From positions 474,608 through 538,607 of the forward strand of contig MU057584.1 of NCBI GenBank assembly GCA_013265495.1: a stretch of 64,000 nt of DNA, in the 5' to 3' direction. The notes beneath the pieces were generated by a model. It ran no database searches. It was not told where the DNA came from and saw nothing but the letters and a program-made list of their open reading frames with translations. The stretch comes from Vicugna vicugna. Lineage: Eukaryota. Every line of letters starts with the position of its first letter. Within the stretch, counting starts at the first letter, position 1. Positions 49,101 through 61,500 of the stretch are shown here, piece after piece. Position numbers and translations under genes: made by a program.

Positions 49101-52100
49101 TTTTTTCAGAAAATGTGCCTTAGTTGCCAACCTTGGAAATTCAAAGCATCACTTTAAAACCCAGATTTCTGACTTTTTGTTTTTATAAAACCTTGATCCG
49201 TGGTGGCCCTGGGGGCAGCTGTAGTCTGGAGCTGAGCTGCAGCTGTCCCCTCCAGCCGGGGCCTGCCCAGCCCTTCCTACCCTGTCCTCTCCGCTAAAGT
49301 CAAGCAGCCCTTCAGCTCCTTGGCACAGCCAAGAAATGTTCCCTGTCCTCCAGTCTCTGTCAGAGGGGCCCCATCAGGTCCCTGCACCTTTGTCCCCAGA
49401 GGCTGAGTGATCGCCGCTGCCCTGGCCCCCAGGGGTACCTGTGGCCTCCGGCCTGGGCTGATGGTGCCCCTGCTCCGCACGCCTGCAGATGTGAAGTTCG
49501 ACGCCGTGAGCGGTGACTACTACCCCATCATCTATTTCAATGACTACTGGAACCTGCAGAAGGACTACTACCCCATCAACGAGAGCCTGGCCAGCCTGCC
49601 GCTCCGTGTCTCCTTCTGCCCGCTCTCTCTCTGGCGCTGGCAGCTCTACGCCGCCCAGAGCACCAAGTCGCCCTGGAACTTCCTCGGTGATGAGCTGTAT
49701 GAGCAGTCAGATGAGGAGCAGGACTCAGTGAAGGTGAGGCAGGGACATGGGGGCTTCCCAGCACCTTCCTGGGCTGCAGGAGGGGAAGGGGAAGTGGGTC
49801 AGGTTGGCGGCCTGGGGACCTCTGGCCAATGCTCCCCTGCCCACAGTTTTACAACCTCCCAAGCCCCATCCCTGCAGTGGGCAGGAAATAGGACCTGGCT
49901 GACTCTGGGAGTCCTGTCTCTGCAGCTTCCATGGTGCTGCTGGTCATGGCTTTTCTGTCTGCTTGGCCAGGCCCTAAGGGTCTGGACCTGCTCTGCCTGC
50001 TTCCATCCAAAGCCGCCTCCCCGACTTTGGGCTTGGACTCGATGTCTCTGCCCCCTCTCCCAGTGTCCTGGAGTATCATCCTTCTCTCTGCCTGCGTCTG
50101 TGATGTTGAGACTTGGCTGTGCTTGCTTGGGGTTGTTTTTGGTGTTGGGTTTCTGTTCCTCACTCCAACTGTCCCTTCTTCTCTGTTACTCTGCCTCCCC
50201 CCATTGCTGTCTCCCCACCTCTTCTCTGTCTCTCTCCATCTTTCCTCCACCCTCTCTGCATCCCTCACCCACCTCTCTGTGCCCATTTGCCCATCTCTGA
50301 CCTGCTCTCCTCCCAGCCAGCACTCTCTCCTCCCTCTGAGAAGCCCCAGGGGTTAGGTCTGTGGGGAAGGTCAGCAGGTTCTTCGGGTCCAGAAGGAAGA
50401 GACGGGCCGGCTAATGGAGGTGCTGCATTGGTCGGGCCCCAGCACAGTAGTGCTCACAGCCATCTCCCCCACCCCCGCCCCAGGTTGCCCTCCTAGAGAC
50501 CAACCCCTACCTGCTGGCGCTCACCATCATCGTGTCCATCGTCCACAGTGTCTTTGAGTTCCTGGCCTTCAAGAACGGTAGGTAGGGGTGGGACCCTGGG
50601 TTCTATGAGAGGTCATGGGGGACTGGGGACAAGGGGGTACATGGTGGGAGGATAGGGCCTGCCCCCTCCCTCTTCCTCTCAGGCCTTCCCCATACCTGGG
50701 CTCCGTTACCCCCATCTCAAGAGGCCTAGTGAGCAGTCGAGGGCAATGGCCGCAAACTCCCAGTCCAGAAACTCCCATCCACCGGGTGTGGTGCTGGGGG
50801 AGGGGCTGAGCCTGCTCTTTTGGCAAAGGCCAGGATGGCACCACCAGGAAGCCGGGCCGGGGAACTCCAAGGCCGGGAGCAGGGAAGCCCCAGGGCTGCT
50901 CCTGCCACCCTGCTTGGCAGGCTGCCTGTTGGGGAAGACCCCTCAGGGTTGAGTGTATGGGGCCCTGAATGGGAAGGTGACAGCCGTGTCCCCAGAAGGC
51001 CGCTAGATTCCAAAGGCCAACACTGGTGATAGCCAGCATTTGAGGGGGACTGGCCACATGCAAGGCACTGTTCCAAGCACCCTCACCAGGGAGCTCATGG
51101 AGCCCCTGCAGCCACAGCTCCGTGAGGCAGCATCGTCACCCCCGTGTTTATGGTGAGGACACAGAGGCTCAGGGAGATTAGTTACTCAGCCCACAGTTAC
51201 ACAGCTCCCAAGAGTGTGGATTTAGATCTAGGCAGCCTGCTTTGGCTCCAGGCCCTCGTTCCTTCCCTGGAGAACCCCAGTCTGAAGGAGGACTGCTGTT
51301 CTGCAGCTTCTGGGAGTGACAGTAGTGATGATGATTATTATTATTATTACTGTCTTCCTCCTCATCACCAGTAAGAGGACATTTGCCGTGACTGAGTTAC
51401 CTTCTGGAAAATTAAAAATCGAACAGTAGGTGGTGTCAGCCCGTCAGGGTGGAGTCTGATAGCAGTGGTGCGTGCTGTGCCTGGGCATGCGCCGGCTTGC
51501 AGATGCTCCTGCTGACCGTGAGCTGGGTCCCCTGGGGTCCATCTTTTCCTAATGAGAAATGCAGGCACAGAAGAGGTGGTTCCTTGCTCAACGTCATGCA
51601 GCAGGGGTGTGGGCCCTAGGCGAGCCCAGCTTTGTGGCCTCTGGTCTGAGGCAGAACTAGGATTCACCCTCCCCCACCAGAACCATGTCTTCAGACTCAT
51701 TCTTCCCAGTTAGATTGGGGGGAGTCCTGTGAGTGTCCCCTTCAGATCTCAGGGTCTGAGGGTGCTGGAGCACTGGAATCAGAATCAGAGCCAGGTGGGC
51801 GGCCAGCACCCGGGACATGGCCCCATGTGACCACGGGCTTGGCTTCTCTGTAACACAAGCATGTACTGGGTTGGCGTCCTGTGGCAGTAGGTGTCAGATG
51901 CTCAGCCTAGGCAGGGTCAAACAGTGCTGTGACCCTCATTTGGCTGATGGGGAGACCAGGGCTCAGAGAGGGGCTGACCTGGGCCCTGGAGGGTCGGGGG
52001 TGGGGGATGGTGTCCCAGGACAGTAGTACTGGAAGGAGCTTCAGTTGGAGAGCAGAGCACACAGACCTGTGTGTGCCCTGAGTGTCTGTGGGCCAGTTCC

Positions 52101-54666
52101 TTCATGGTTTCAGGGTGGTGGGCTGGGAGAGGGGGTCCTGAAGCCTGTGGCCCAGATCTTCTCACCCAGGGAAGGCCCCATAGCATAAGGGTGGACAGCT
52201 CAGGTCTAGTGTCAAGCAGACCCGGCTTCTATGCAGATTCTTCTAGGTCTGGCTGTGTGGCCTTAGGAGTGTGGCTTCTCTGAGTAGCCCTTAGCACTTA
52301 GCGAGTGGTGAGCACCCAGAACATGTAAGAGATCACTGTCACCATCACTGCCAGCCTAGGGACTGCGCCCTGGGGGCTGGGATGTCCCAATGTGAAGACT
52401 GCAGATATCCTGCTTGCCTGGTGCTCGACATGGCACCCATAAAGCAGAGACTACCCCTTCACAGGCAGGGAGATTGTGTGCACCCTCCGCCTTGGCAGAC
52501 CCCGTGCAGCCCCGAGGGTCTGAAGGGTATGGGGCTTGAGGGAGCTGCAGGAGGGACTCGGAGGCTTCTCAGACTCCTGGCTTTCCCCCATCTCCCACGC
52601 ACAGATATCCAGTTCTGGAACAGTCGGCAGTCCCTGGAGGGCCTGTCTGTGCGCTCCGTCTTCTTTGGCGTCTTCCAGTCTTTCGTAGTGCTCCTCTATA
52701 TCCTGGACAACGAGACCAACTTCGTGGTCCAGGTCAGCGTCTTCATCGGGGTCCTTATCGACCTCTGGAAGATCACCAAGGTCATGGATGTCCGGGTAAG
52801 GCCGGGCTGCCGGGCTGTTTCGGGAGCCACCAGGGGTTGGGAACCAGACCCTGGAGCTGGCCCCTGGGGGATTCCCAAGACCAAGGGGATTTTTGCACCA
52901 GGGGATTTTTTGGGTCACACGTGGGGCAGGGGAACTGGGAACGGTGGGGAAGGGCAGGGGCTGGAACTGGTGTGGGGGGTGGGAGCCAGTGCAGCAGCTG
53001 ACCACGGCCTCCCTCCCTATGTGCAGCTGGACCGGGAGCACAAGGTGGCAGGACTCTTCCCCCGCCCAACCTTCAAAGACAAGTCCACATACGTGGAGTC
53101 CTCGACCAAAGTGTATGATGATGTGAGTGTCCCCAACAGTGGGTCCCAGAGAGGGTCTCCAAGTATCTGCACACTCCTGAGGTACCAGGGGATGGGCCGT
53201 GAGTGCTGACAAGCCCATGCTTTATGGCTTGTGCCCTACCCTCCAGTGTCCCCCGCCTGCCATGTATACTTCCTGGCCAAGTCCAGAGTTCCCAGGGCCA
53301 CCTGGAAATCCCCCGGCTGGCCTGCCAGACCAGGTGTGCATGGGTGAGGGTTGGGAGCAGGGGTGCCAGGCGAGGCCCAAGAGCCGGATCCCAGCCCTGC
53401 CCTGTGCCCCACAGATGGCGTTCCGGTACCTGTCTTGGATCCTCTTCCCGCTCCTGGGCTGCTACGCTGTCTACAGCCTCCTGTACCTGGAGCACAAGGG
53501 CTGGTACTCCTGGGTGCTCAGCATGCTCTACGGCTTCCTGCTGACCTTCGGTGAGCAGGCTCTCACCACCCTCAGCTCCCCCGGTTAGGGCAGTTGTCCA
53601 GCAGCCCTCAGCCCCATGGTGGGCTGTGCTGGGGCCTCAGCAGTCATTAAGTCAGCCGGCCCCCACCCTCCTGGCGCTCAAGGTCCAGTGGTCAGGATGG
53701 CACGTGGGGAGCCTCCCAGGGGTGCCTGGTCCAGTCTAGGGGTCAGGGAGGGCTCCTGGGAAGCCCCAAACTGTACATTTCAGTCCTCATCCTCGGGCGA
53801 ACCCATGGAGTAAACAAGCAGACGAATGAGTTACAGCATGTAACTGAGGTAGGATGTGCCTGGATGGTTGGAAGGCAGCAAGGAGGCCAGTGAGACTGGA
53901 GCCAAGTGAATGAGGGGAGAGAGGCCAGAAATGCAGTCAAAGAAGCCAAGGTTCAGGACGCATGCCCCTTCCTCTGCTCACGAGTGTCTCTTCACCACTA
54001 CCACAGGCTTCATCACCATGACACCCCAGCTCTTCATTAACTACAAGCTCAAGTCTGTGGCCCACCTGCCCTGGCGCATGCTCACCTACAAGGCCCTCAA
54101 TACCTTCATCGATGACCTGTTTGCCTTTGTCATCAAGATGCCTGTTATGTACCGGATCGGCTGCCTGCGGGACGGTGAGGCTGTGTGGGCAGGTGGGTGG
54201 GCTGGCCAGCAGGCTCGCACCAGAGCTGGACACAGGCAGAGCCCTGGTCTGAGTGGGAGGCCCTGGCCTGGGGGTTCAGTCCCAGGGGGCTCAACCCACT
54301 CTTTACAGGACCACTCCACCCACCCCTGCTGGCAGTGAGCCTGGCGGGCCCCTCCCCCTCACACTGCCCCTCCCACCCCCAGATGTGGTCTTCTTCATCT
54401 ACCTCTACCAACGGTGGATCTACCGCGTCGACCCCACGCGGGTGAACGAGTTCGGCATGAGTGGCGAGGCCTCGACGGCAGCTGCCCCTGGGGCCCAGGT
54501 CCCGACAGCAGCAGGGGCCCTCCCACCTGCCCCCACCACCACCACTGCTGCCGCCAGCGAGGAGGCCTCCACGCCCCTGCCTGCCAAGCCCACCCAGGGG
54601 GCCAGTTCTGCCAGTGAGCCCCAGGAAGCCCCTCCAAAGCCAGCAGAGGACAAAAAAAGGGATTAG
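27688..54666 (+). CDS. CLPTM1: CLPTM1 multi-pass ER membrane protein, 668 aa. 14 coding exons: 27688-27759, 33161-33273, 39938-40061, 41107-41265, 43506-43623, 47933-48018, 48795-48915, 49489-49733, 50484-50577, 52605-52795, 53027-53122, 53415-53550, 54007-54174, 54383-54666.
   Basis: Starts MAAAQEADGAGSAVVAAGGGGSGQ. Contains YYPIIYFNDYWNLQKDYYPINESL, FEFLAFKNDIQFWNSRQSLEGLSVRSV and GFITMTPQLFINYKLKSVAHLPWRMLTYKALNTFIDDLFAFVIKMP. Ends EDKKRD* (KKXX-type). Exon lengths sum to 2007 nt, all GT-AG; AATAAA at 55083. Confidence 0.97.
29243..29465. mobile_element. MER20-like hAT DNA transposon
   Basis: TTTTCAACCTCAGCACCATTCACATTTGGGGTTGGATAAT...GGATGTTTAGCAGCAT...GTTTGAGAACCACT matches the MER20 layout. 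Confidence 0.7.
33385..33715. mobile_element. MLT1-type MaLR LTR fragment
   Basis: TCTCACAGTTCTGGAGGCTAGAAGTC...AAGGTGTCAGC...TAATGACCTCA...CACATGAATTTGGGG motifs. Confidence 0.65.
35754..36021 (-). mobile_element. 5'-truncated L1 insertion with 17-bp target-site duplication
   Basis: Poly(T)/(TTTTA)n followed by L1 3' UTR in antisense; TAAAATGTAAAATTTTT at 35737 and 36022. Confidence 0.75.
37015..37229. mobile_element. Tigger2/MER8-like TcMar MITE
   Basis: Terminal inverted repeats CAGTTGACCCTTGAACAAC and GTTGTTCAGGGTCAACTG, with TA at the left junction. Confidence 0.8.
38458..38572 (-). mobile_element. tRNA(Ala)-derived SINE
   Basis: Minus-strand head; CTCAAATATTT flanking repeats. Confidence 0.75.
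42390..42910 (-). mobile_element. ERVL-type solo LTR (MER54/MER74-like)
   Basis: Reverse complement contains GACTGCCCCTCCCAGGGCTAG..TTCCTAGAGATAACAAAC..TTTCATATACAAAACAACCAA. Family assignment from memory. Confidence 0.5.
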
Positions 54667-57600
54667 CCGCTCCTGGTCCTCCTCGTCAGCTCCAGCTCCT
54701 GGTGACCACCGCCCCCGCCACCCCGGCCCCCTCGCCTCCCCTCCCTGTTGCCCTTCCCTGGACAGATTGGGCCAGGGCTGTGGGAGGCCCCCATCGAGCC
54801 AGGGCCTAGCGTGTGCTGTGGGGGCTGGGGCAGGCCAGGGCACGTCATTTGCGGAGGCGCCGTCTGTTTGTCTGTCCCTGTGTGTTTCTAGCCATCTTGC
54901 CCTGCCAGCCCCGCAACATTGGGAATCATGGTGAAGCCGACGTGGAGCTGTTGAGGGGGTGGGCCAGGCGGGGGAGGGGCCAGGGCCCCTCTGTGGGACA
55001 GCCACGGCCATCCATCATCTTGTCCCTCGATCCCCCACCACCCCTCCTCCCAGACCGCCGCCCTTTAACACAGTCTGGATTTAATAAATTCATATGGGTG
55101 TTTAACTTAAAGTCAACAATCCCCCACTTTGTGCCTTCCTCTGTCCCCTTGGAGAGAGGTGTGGGTGGCTTTCTTGAATCTGGCAGGGTGACCTGCAGGA
55201 TGCAGGACACGGGCAAGTGGGGACAGTGACCCTCTGGGCCAGGCCATTCTCACCCTTCTTCCCCTCCCAGGAGCCCTCTGAGGGGGCTTCCTTAACTGTC
55301 CCTACATCACAGATGGAGAAACTGCTTGCCACGACCTCACTGTACCTGTGCTCACCCACAAGGCTGCATCTGGCCCGCCAATGCGCTCTTACCTCCCGGC
55401 ACTCTTCCGTCACTTGAGACACGCCTCCAGGCACACAACTCTTCACTTCACCATCTGCTTCCTCCAGGATGTAGCTCTGTGGCTCCTCCTCCAGGAAGCC
55501 CTTCCTGACCACCTCCTCTGGGACCTCCCTCCCACCCCCAGCTCCCTGGGCTCCCACATTCCAGAACTGCCCACTGTGGGTCATCACTGTCTGGGGACAG
55601 GTCATTCTCCACTGGACTGAGCCCTGTGAGGACAGAGCCAGAGCTGTCTCAGCCTCTGCTGTGTCCTGGGCAGAGGGGTCGCTCTGGGAATGTTTGCCGA
55701 GTGGACATTTGCACAGTCCTGACTTACACAGACACGTGCACACATCTGAAGTGTGCACCTTGATGGGGCTGCGATAAGACACTGGCAGAGAGACTGACAT
55801 ACAGTCAGTCGACAAATGTTCCCTGAGCCTTGCCCTTGGACATTACTCCAAGCTGGGGGGCTCTGTGTCCACAGCAGGGATCAAGATAGCCCCAGGCCTG
55901 CCCTCATGGGGCTCAGAGCCTCGCAGAAATCCTGAGTGCTGAGGGTTTCTGACAGGTCCTTTCAGTCATTCACCCAACAGACAGTTGTGAAGCCTGACCT
56001 TTCAAGGGGCAGAGGGGAATCAGTTGGGCTCCTGGTCCTATACATAGGAGCCACTATTCAACACTTCTTATTGTGAGCCAAGCTCTAAGTGCCGTATGTG
56101 GTTTGCTTCATTAAATTGAATACTGCCTAGTGGCCCCATCCCCCTACAGACCATCATTTTAGCTTTATCTCCACTTCTTCCCATCAGTCACCACTCCAGC
56201 CTCCTTGCTGTTCCCTGAACATGCTGTGCGTGTTCCCACCTTGGGGCCTTTGCACGTGCTCTTCCCTGTGCTTTGAACATTCTTTCCTAGAAGTCCACAT
56301 GGATCCTTCACTGTTTCAGCTGTCTGCTCATATGTCACCTTCAACCCTCCCTGAACTTCCTAACCCAAATAGTATCCTCCAAATTCAAGCCATATATCCT
56401 GCTTTAGTCTTCTGTAATACTGCCATCACCACCAGACAGACATGTGTCAATTTTCCATCTGTCTCCCCAACTTGGATTTCAGTTCCATGATAGCAGGGGC
56501 TTTTGTCTGTTGTGTTCCTTGCTGTGTCCCCAGCTCTGGAACAATGCCTGGTACTGTTACACTGTGTGCAGTAACTGTAAGTCAAGTATTCACAAGAACA
56601 GGTGAGAAAACAAACCCAGACAAATTAAGTAATTTGTCTAAAGTCTCATAAAGTAATGTGACACATATTTAAAGTGTAAAGTGCTTGGAATAGTGCTGAG
56701 TACATGTGAGAGCTCTATTCAAGTGTCAACTATTACCAGTATTTAATCCTCCCAACCATTATCAGACCCATTGCACAGATGAAGAAACTGAGGCTCAAGA
56801 AAGATGAAGTCAATTGTCTGAGGTCTTCTCATAAGTGAGAGACCTAGGATTTGAACCCAGGCAATCTGATTCTAGAACCTCAAATCAGCCTCTCTGGCAA
56901 TGCCTTTGCCATATGCAGATGACAGACTGCAGACCAAGAACAGCTTTTTCCTGTTTTTATGCAATCTTTACACGTTTTAAGTGGTTGGGAAAAAATCTTA
57001 AGAATGGTTTGTTTCAGATTTTAGTATCTATAGAATGATTTTTATTGGAGCACAATGGTGCTCATTGTTTCTGTATGGTCTCTGGTGGTTTTTGAGCTAT
57101 GGCAGAGTTGAGTGTTGAGACTGCTGGCCCTCAAAGCTTAAAGTGTCATGTATCTGCTATCCAGCTCTTTGCAGAAAAAGTTTGTTCCATGTTTTGCTTT
57201 TCAACAGTAGCTCTCCAACTTGAGCTTACATTGTATCACCTGCAGGGCTGGGGGCCACACTTTGAGAACTGCTTTACACGATTCTGCCTCCCATGGGCAG
57301 GTACCAGGCCTGGCTTGGTAAGTGCTGCGCCTTAGTACCTAGGCAGGCTCTAGCACAAAGCAGGTGTTCAATAAATGTTAAATGAATCAATGAGTCTGCG
57401 TGGGCCATGAAGCAAAGGGGTGGAACACTCAAAGTTTTCACAAGCAGACGTAGGAAGTCAAACCCTGGCTCTGGTGTCTGAGGGTGCCCAGCATCCAAGT
57501 TGGGACCCAACAGTCATCCAGTCATTCTTAGGGATAGGCTTAGAAATACGATCTAAGTGGCTGCCCCTCTTTGAACCTCAGTCTCCTCCTCTCTGCAATA

Positions 57601-58169
57601 ATCCTAGCACCTTCCTCTGATGCTGATGCAAGGTGTGAGGCATCTGTGAGGCCCCCAGGTAAGCCCAGGGGTCAGGCACACAGCTCAGTATGTACACTGG
57701 GGGCTATGCTGTTACTATTCCCAGACTGAGTTACTGAGCCTTCAGGCTGAAACTGCTGTGGGCTATTAGGAAACTTGAAGGCGCTGTGGGAAGGAATAAA
57801 ATATCCATCCATTTATTCAATAAACATTTGTCACCTACTGTGTTCTGGGCGCTGTTCTAGGTGCTGGGGATACAGCAGGGAACAAAACAGACAAATCCCA
57901 GAGCTGACATTCTAGCTTTAAACGTTTAAGTATCTTCACTGCCAATTTACAGTTTAAGGAACTGAGGTGTAGAGAGATCATGGAAGTTTCAAAAAGATTA
58001 TCAACGTCAGCTATGGAGCCCTGGCAACCTCCTGATCCCGAAGCTTCCCTTCCACCCAGAGAAACAGGTCAAGTCCCGTAGGCAGACGTTGGGGGCAGGC
58101 CTCAGTTTCCTTACTTGCTCCATGGATAGGTTGTAAGGGGCCACAAGCGAGACTCAGTTGTCTCGGCCA

Positions 58170-58558
58170 GAGCAATGGGCAGCGTCGCCGGCCAGGCCCC
58201 TCCCGTGCGCCCGGCCTCCTCTTCCCGGCCGGCCCCGCCCCCGCGACCACGTGACGCGTGGGGGTTTTCCCGTTCCCCTTGCGTTACGTCACGGCGGGGT
58301 ACGGGCCAATGAGCGCGCAGGCCGGCAGCGCCGGGGAATTCCGCCGCCCCGCCCCCGCCCGCCGCCCTCCCGGCCCGGCCCCGCGCCCCCCGCAACCCCG
58401 GGCGCCGCGCGTCCAGCCCGGCCTGCGGCCCCAGCCCCTGCGCCGCTCTTCCGACCCGCAGTCGTCCGCTGGACCGTGCCGCCTGGCCACACGGCCTACC
58501 CGCGTGTGTGTTTTGGTCTGAGCTGGCCTCCGTGCCGTCAGTCCCCACTGGTCGGGCC
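58170..58558 (+). promoter_or_regulatory. RELB: RELB CpG-island, TATA-less promoter with two kB sites
   Basis: GGGGTTTTCC at 58261-58270 and GGGGAATTCC at 58333-58342; E-box CACGTG at 58248, CRE-like TTACGTCA at 58284, CCAAT at 58306, GC boxes. Confidence 0.85.
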
Positions 58559-61500
58559 ATGCCGAGTCGCCGCGTCGCCAGATCGTCCGCTGCGCCGGAG
58601 CTGGGGGCTTTGGGTAAGCGGGGCCGAGGTTCAGGAGAGGAATCTGGGGAGGGACTGGAGATGCGAGAGTTGAGGGTCCCGATGTAGTCTGAGGGTTCCT
58701 ACAGGAGTCTAGGGGTTTGAGGGGAGTGTGTAAGGGTTCTGGGGACACTATATTAAAAGGAAGGAAGGAGGCAGGGGATGGTGACCGAGTCCGGCCCACG
58801 GTAAGAGAGAGGTGTCCCACTATAGAGTGAGAAGGGGGCGGGGCCTGACCCTGAGGCAAAGAAGGGGGCGGGGCCCGTCGCGAAGAGGAGGGGGCGGGGC
58901 CTGACTTGGAGAAGGAGGAGCGGGGAGATGCTCCTGAGGGATGAGGCGTGGCCAGACTTTGAGAGTGGGGAAAAAGGAGGGGCTTGACTCACAGAAAGGG
59001 GCGGAGCCTGATCGTGAGAGCAAGAAGGGGCGTGGCCTAATTCAAAGAAGGAAGCAAGGTCCTTCCTACTCAGTAAGGAGGCGGTGTCTAAGGGAGAGAA
59101 GGGGCGCGGCCGCACTCGGAGAGGGAGAAGGGGCGGGGCCTGACTCTGGCAGAGAGAGGAGAGAGGGCCTGTTCCGAAAAAAAGGAGGGCGGGGCCTGAC
59201 TCTGAGAAGAAAGAGGGGGTGGGACTTGCCTCAAGAGAGAAGTGGCAGGGTCTGAGAGGGAGAAGGGGACCTGCTTGACACTGGAAAAGTGAAGGGGTAG
59301 GGTCTGACCCTGAAATAAGGAAAGGAGTGGGGGGTTTCCTAACTGAGGTTGAGAAGAGCTCCTCCAGGGCCTCCTCAACCTTCTTAAGGTAGAGAAGGAG
59401 CAGGGCTTGCGTGTGATGGAGAGCGAGGTGAATGACAAAAACTAGGGAACCTGTTAAGAAAGGAACTAAGGCTGGACCGTGCGGGCGATAAGGGTGAGGG
59501 GCCTGGTCCAAAGGGGCGGGGCCAGGAGAGGAACAAGGTGGGGCTTGGGAGATTCCCTGGGCTTCTCGCCATATCTCCGTCACCTCCTGAGACATGCCTC
59601 CCTCCCTGCAGGGTCCGCTGACCTCTCCTCGCTCTCGCTCGCCGTTTCCAGGACCACAGGTGAACAGCCCTCCACAGTTCCTGCCCATCTGCACGCTCAG
59701 GACAGGGCACAGGGGAATCCTGTGGAGGTGGCATTGTGCACGCCTCTGTGTGGGGGTTTTGTGGAGGTCCACCTCAGCTTTCCTCTGACAGCCTGTGTCC
59801 CTCCCTGACTGTTGAGATGGGGTCCCCAGATGTCCCTACCTCCTAGGTGATGATGAGCTGAGCAAGGAAAGCTAACCACCTGTTCACTCTGTAAGAGCAG
59901 TCCTCTTTACAGATTCACCATGGTAGTGCAGAGGGTAATAATTACATACTGGTGCCACCACCCCCTCACTGTGTGAATGTTTGCTAGTCACTTCCACTCT
60001 CTGGGACTCAGTTTTCCTCATCTGTAAGATGGGTGTAATATCAATACCTCCCTTGTAAGGAGACTGAGAGGATTCAATGAGCTGATACAGTTAAACTTTT
60101 AAAGCAGTGTCTGGCACCCAGTAAAGGCTCAGTAAGTGTTACCTGTTAGTGGTATAATAATAATTACTATTATTAGTCTATAAGAGTGGTTCTCAAACCT
60201 TTGTGTTTATCAAGGTCACCCTGAGAGCTGTTAAAACAGATTTTTGGGCCTCATCCCCCAAATTTCTGATTTAATAGGTTTGGGATGGGCTTTGAGAGTT
60301 TGCATTTCTTGCAAGTTCCCAAGAGATGTTGAGTCTTTAAGGCCCCTCCTACTGTGCCATCCAAAATTCAGTGTTGCCCAGGGAAATGCAGAATCATGCC
60401 CCAAGGCTGACATCCTCTCTCATAAATTTGCTGGGATTTGGAGGGAGGAATTGAGTCTTGTTGCCATGAAAACCCAGTGGCCCCAGTGGGCTGGCTCTGA
60501 ACCTGTCTCTGGAAGTAGACTCTTGGGATGGACCCCGGAAGTACTGGCTTGGCTGTGGAGGAGGCTCTGTGGGTTCTCTAACAAGTCTACATGTTTGGGA
60601 GATAGTGAAAGGTGGGAGATGGCTTTGGGAACAGGTACTGCCAATCACTGGTTCTGGGCAGGAACAAGGCTGAGACTTTTCTGACCCAAGACCTAGATCT
60701 TTGGTTTCAATTGAGAGTAATTTCTGATGTTATCCATTCAAGAAATATTCAAGAGTGCCTATTCCGTACCTGGCTTTGTGCTGGGCAGTGCTGAGGACTC
60801 AGCGGTGACTGAGATAGCCCTGGCTCTGCGCTCATGGAGCTCCCTACCTAGATGTGGAGGCAGATATGTACACAATGAATAAAATGTAAGATTATAAAAT
60901 ATGATGAATAAATCTTGGGGTGAGTGACATCTAACAACATGGTGGGGATAGGAGAACTACTGAGATAGAATGGGAGGGAAAATTTCCCTCGTTCTGATAG
61001 GCCAGACACATACTGGGCCCTGGGTATACAGTGGGGGTGGGGCAAACATGTTTCTTACTCTCTGGTGCTCATAGTCTACAGGAGACAGATGTGAATCACT
61101 GTAATGTAAGGTCATGTCAAATCCTAATCCGAGTTGGGGTATAGCTCAGTGGTAGAGTGTGTGCTTAGCATGCATGGGGTCCTGGGTTCAATCCCCAGTA
61201 ATACCATTAAAAAAATAAACTCAAAAAATAAATTAAAAAATTTAAAAATCCTAATCAGTGCCATGAAAATGATAAAACTAAGGCACCTAACTGCGAGTGA
61301 CTAGAGTAGGGGTTCTGGGGGTTATCTTGGATAAAATAGTCAGGGAAGACCTATGTAGGAGGTGACATTTGAGCAGGGACCTGAAAGAGGAGGAGGAAGC
61401 TATGCAAAGAACTGAAGGAAGAGTATGCAGCAGAGACCAGTCTATACAAAGGCCCTGAGACAGGAAAGACATAGCTGCTTCAGGGTGGCCCATCCTGACT

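Noticed and set aside
52382..53209. 275-aa ORF running through CLPTM1 exons 10-11 (possible in-frame intron retention)
   Set aside because: The 231-nt intron is stop-free and a multiple of three, but this is unsurprising in G-rich short introns. Both splice sites are canonical, and I have no transcript evidence.
58753..59772. 339-aa minus-strand ORF, the longest in the track
   Set aside because: Arises from the pyrimidine-rich complement of the RELB intron 1 GC-box array (Pro/Ser/Leu/Phe-rich, few possible stops).
61136..61207. Apparent tRNA-Ala gene (also at 13651, 16455, 19923 and others)
   Set aside because: Poly(A)-type tails, target-site duplications, stem mismatches and multiple dispersed copies indicate SINEs.
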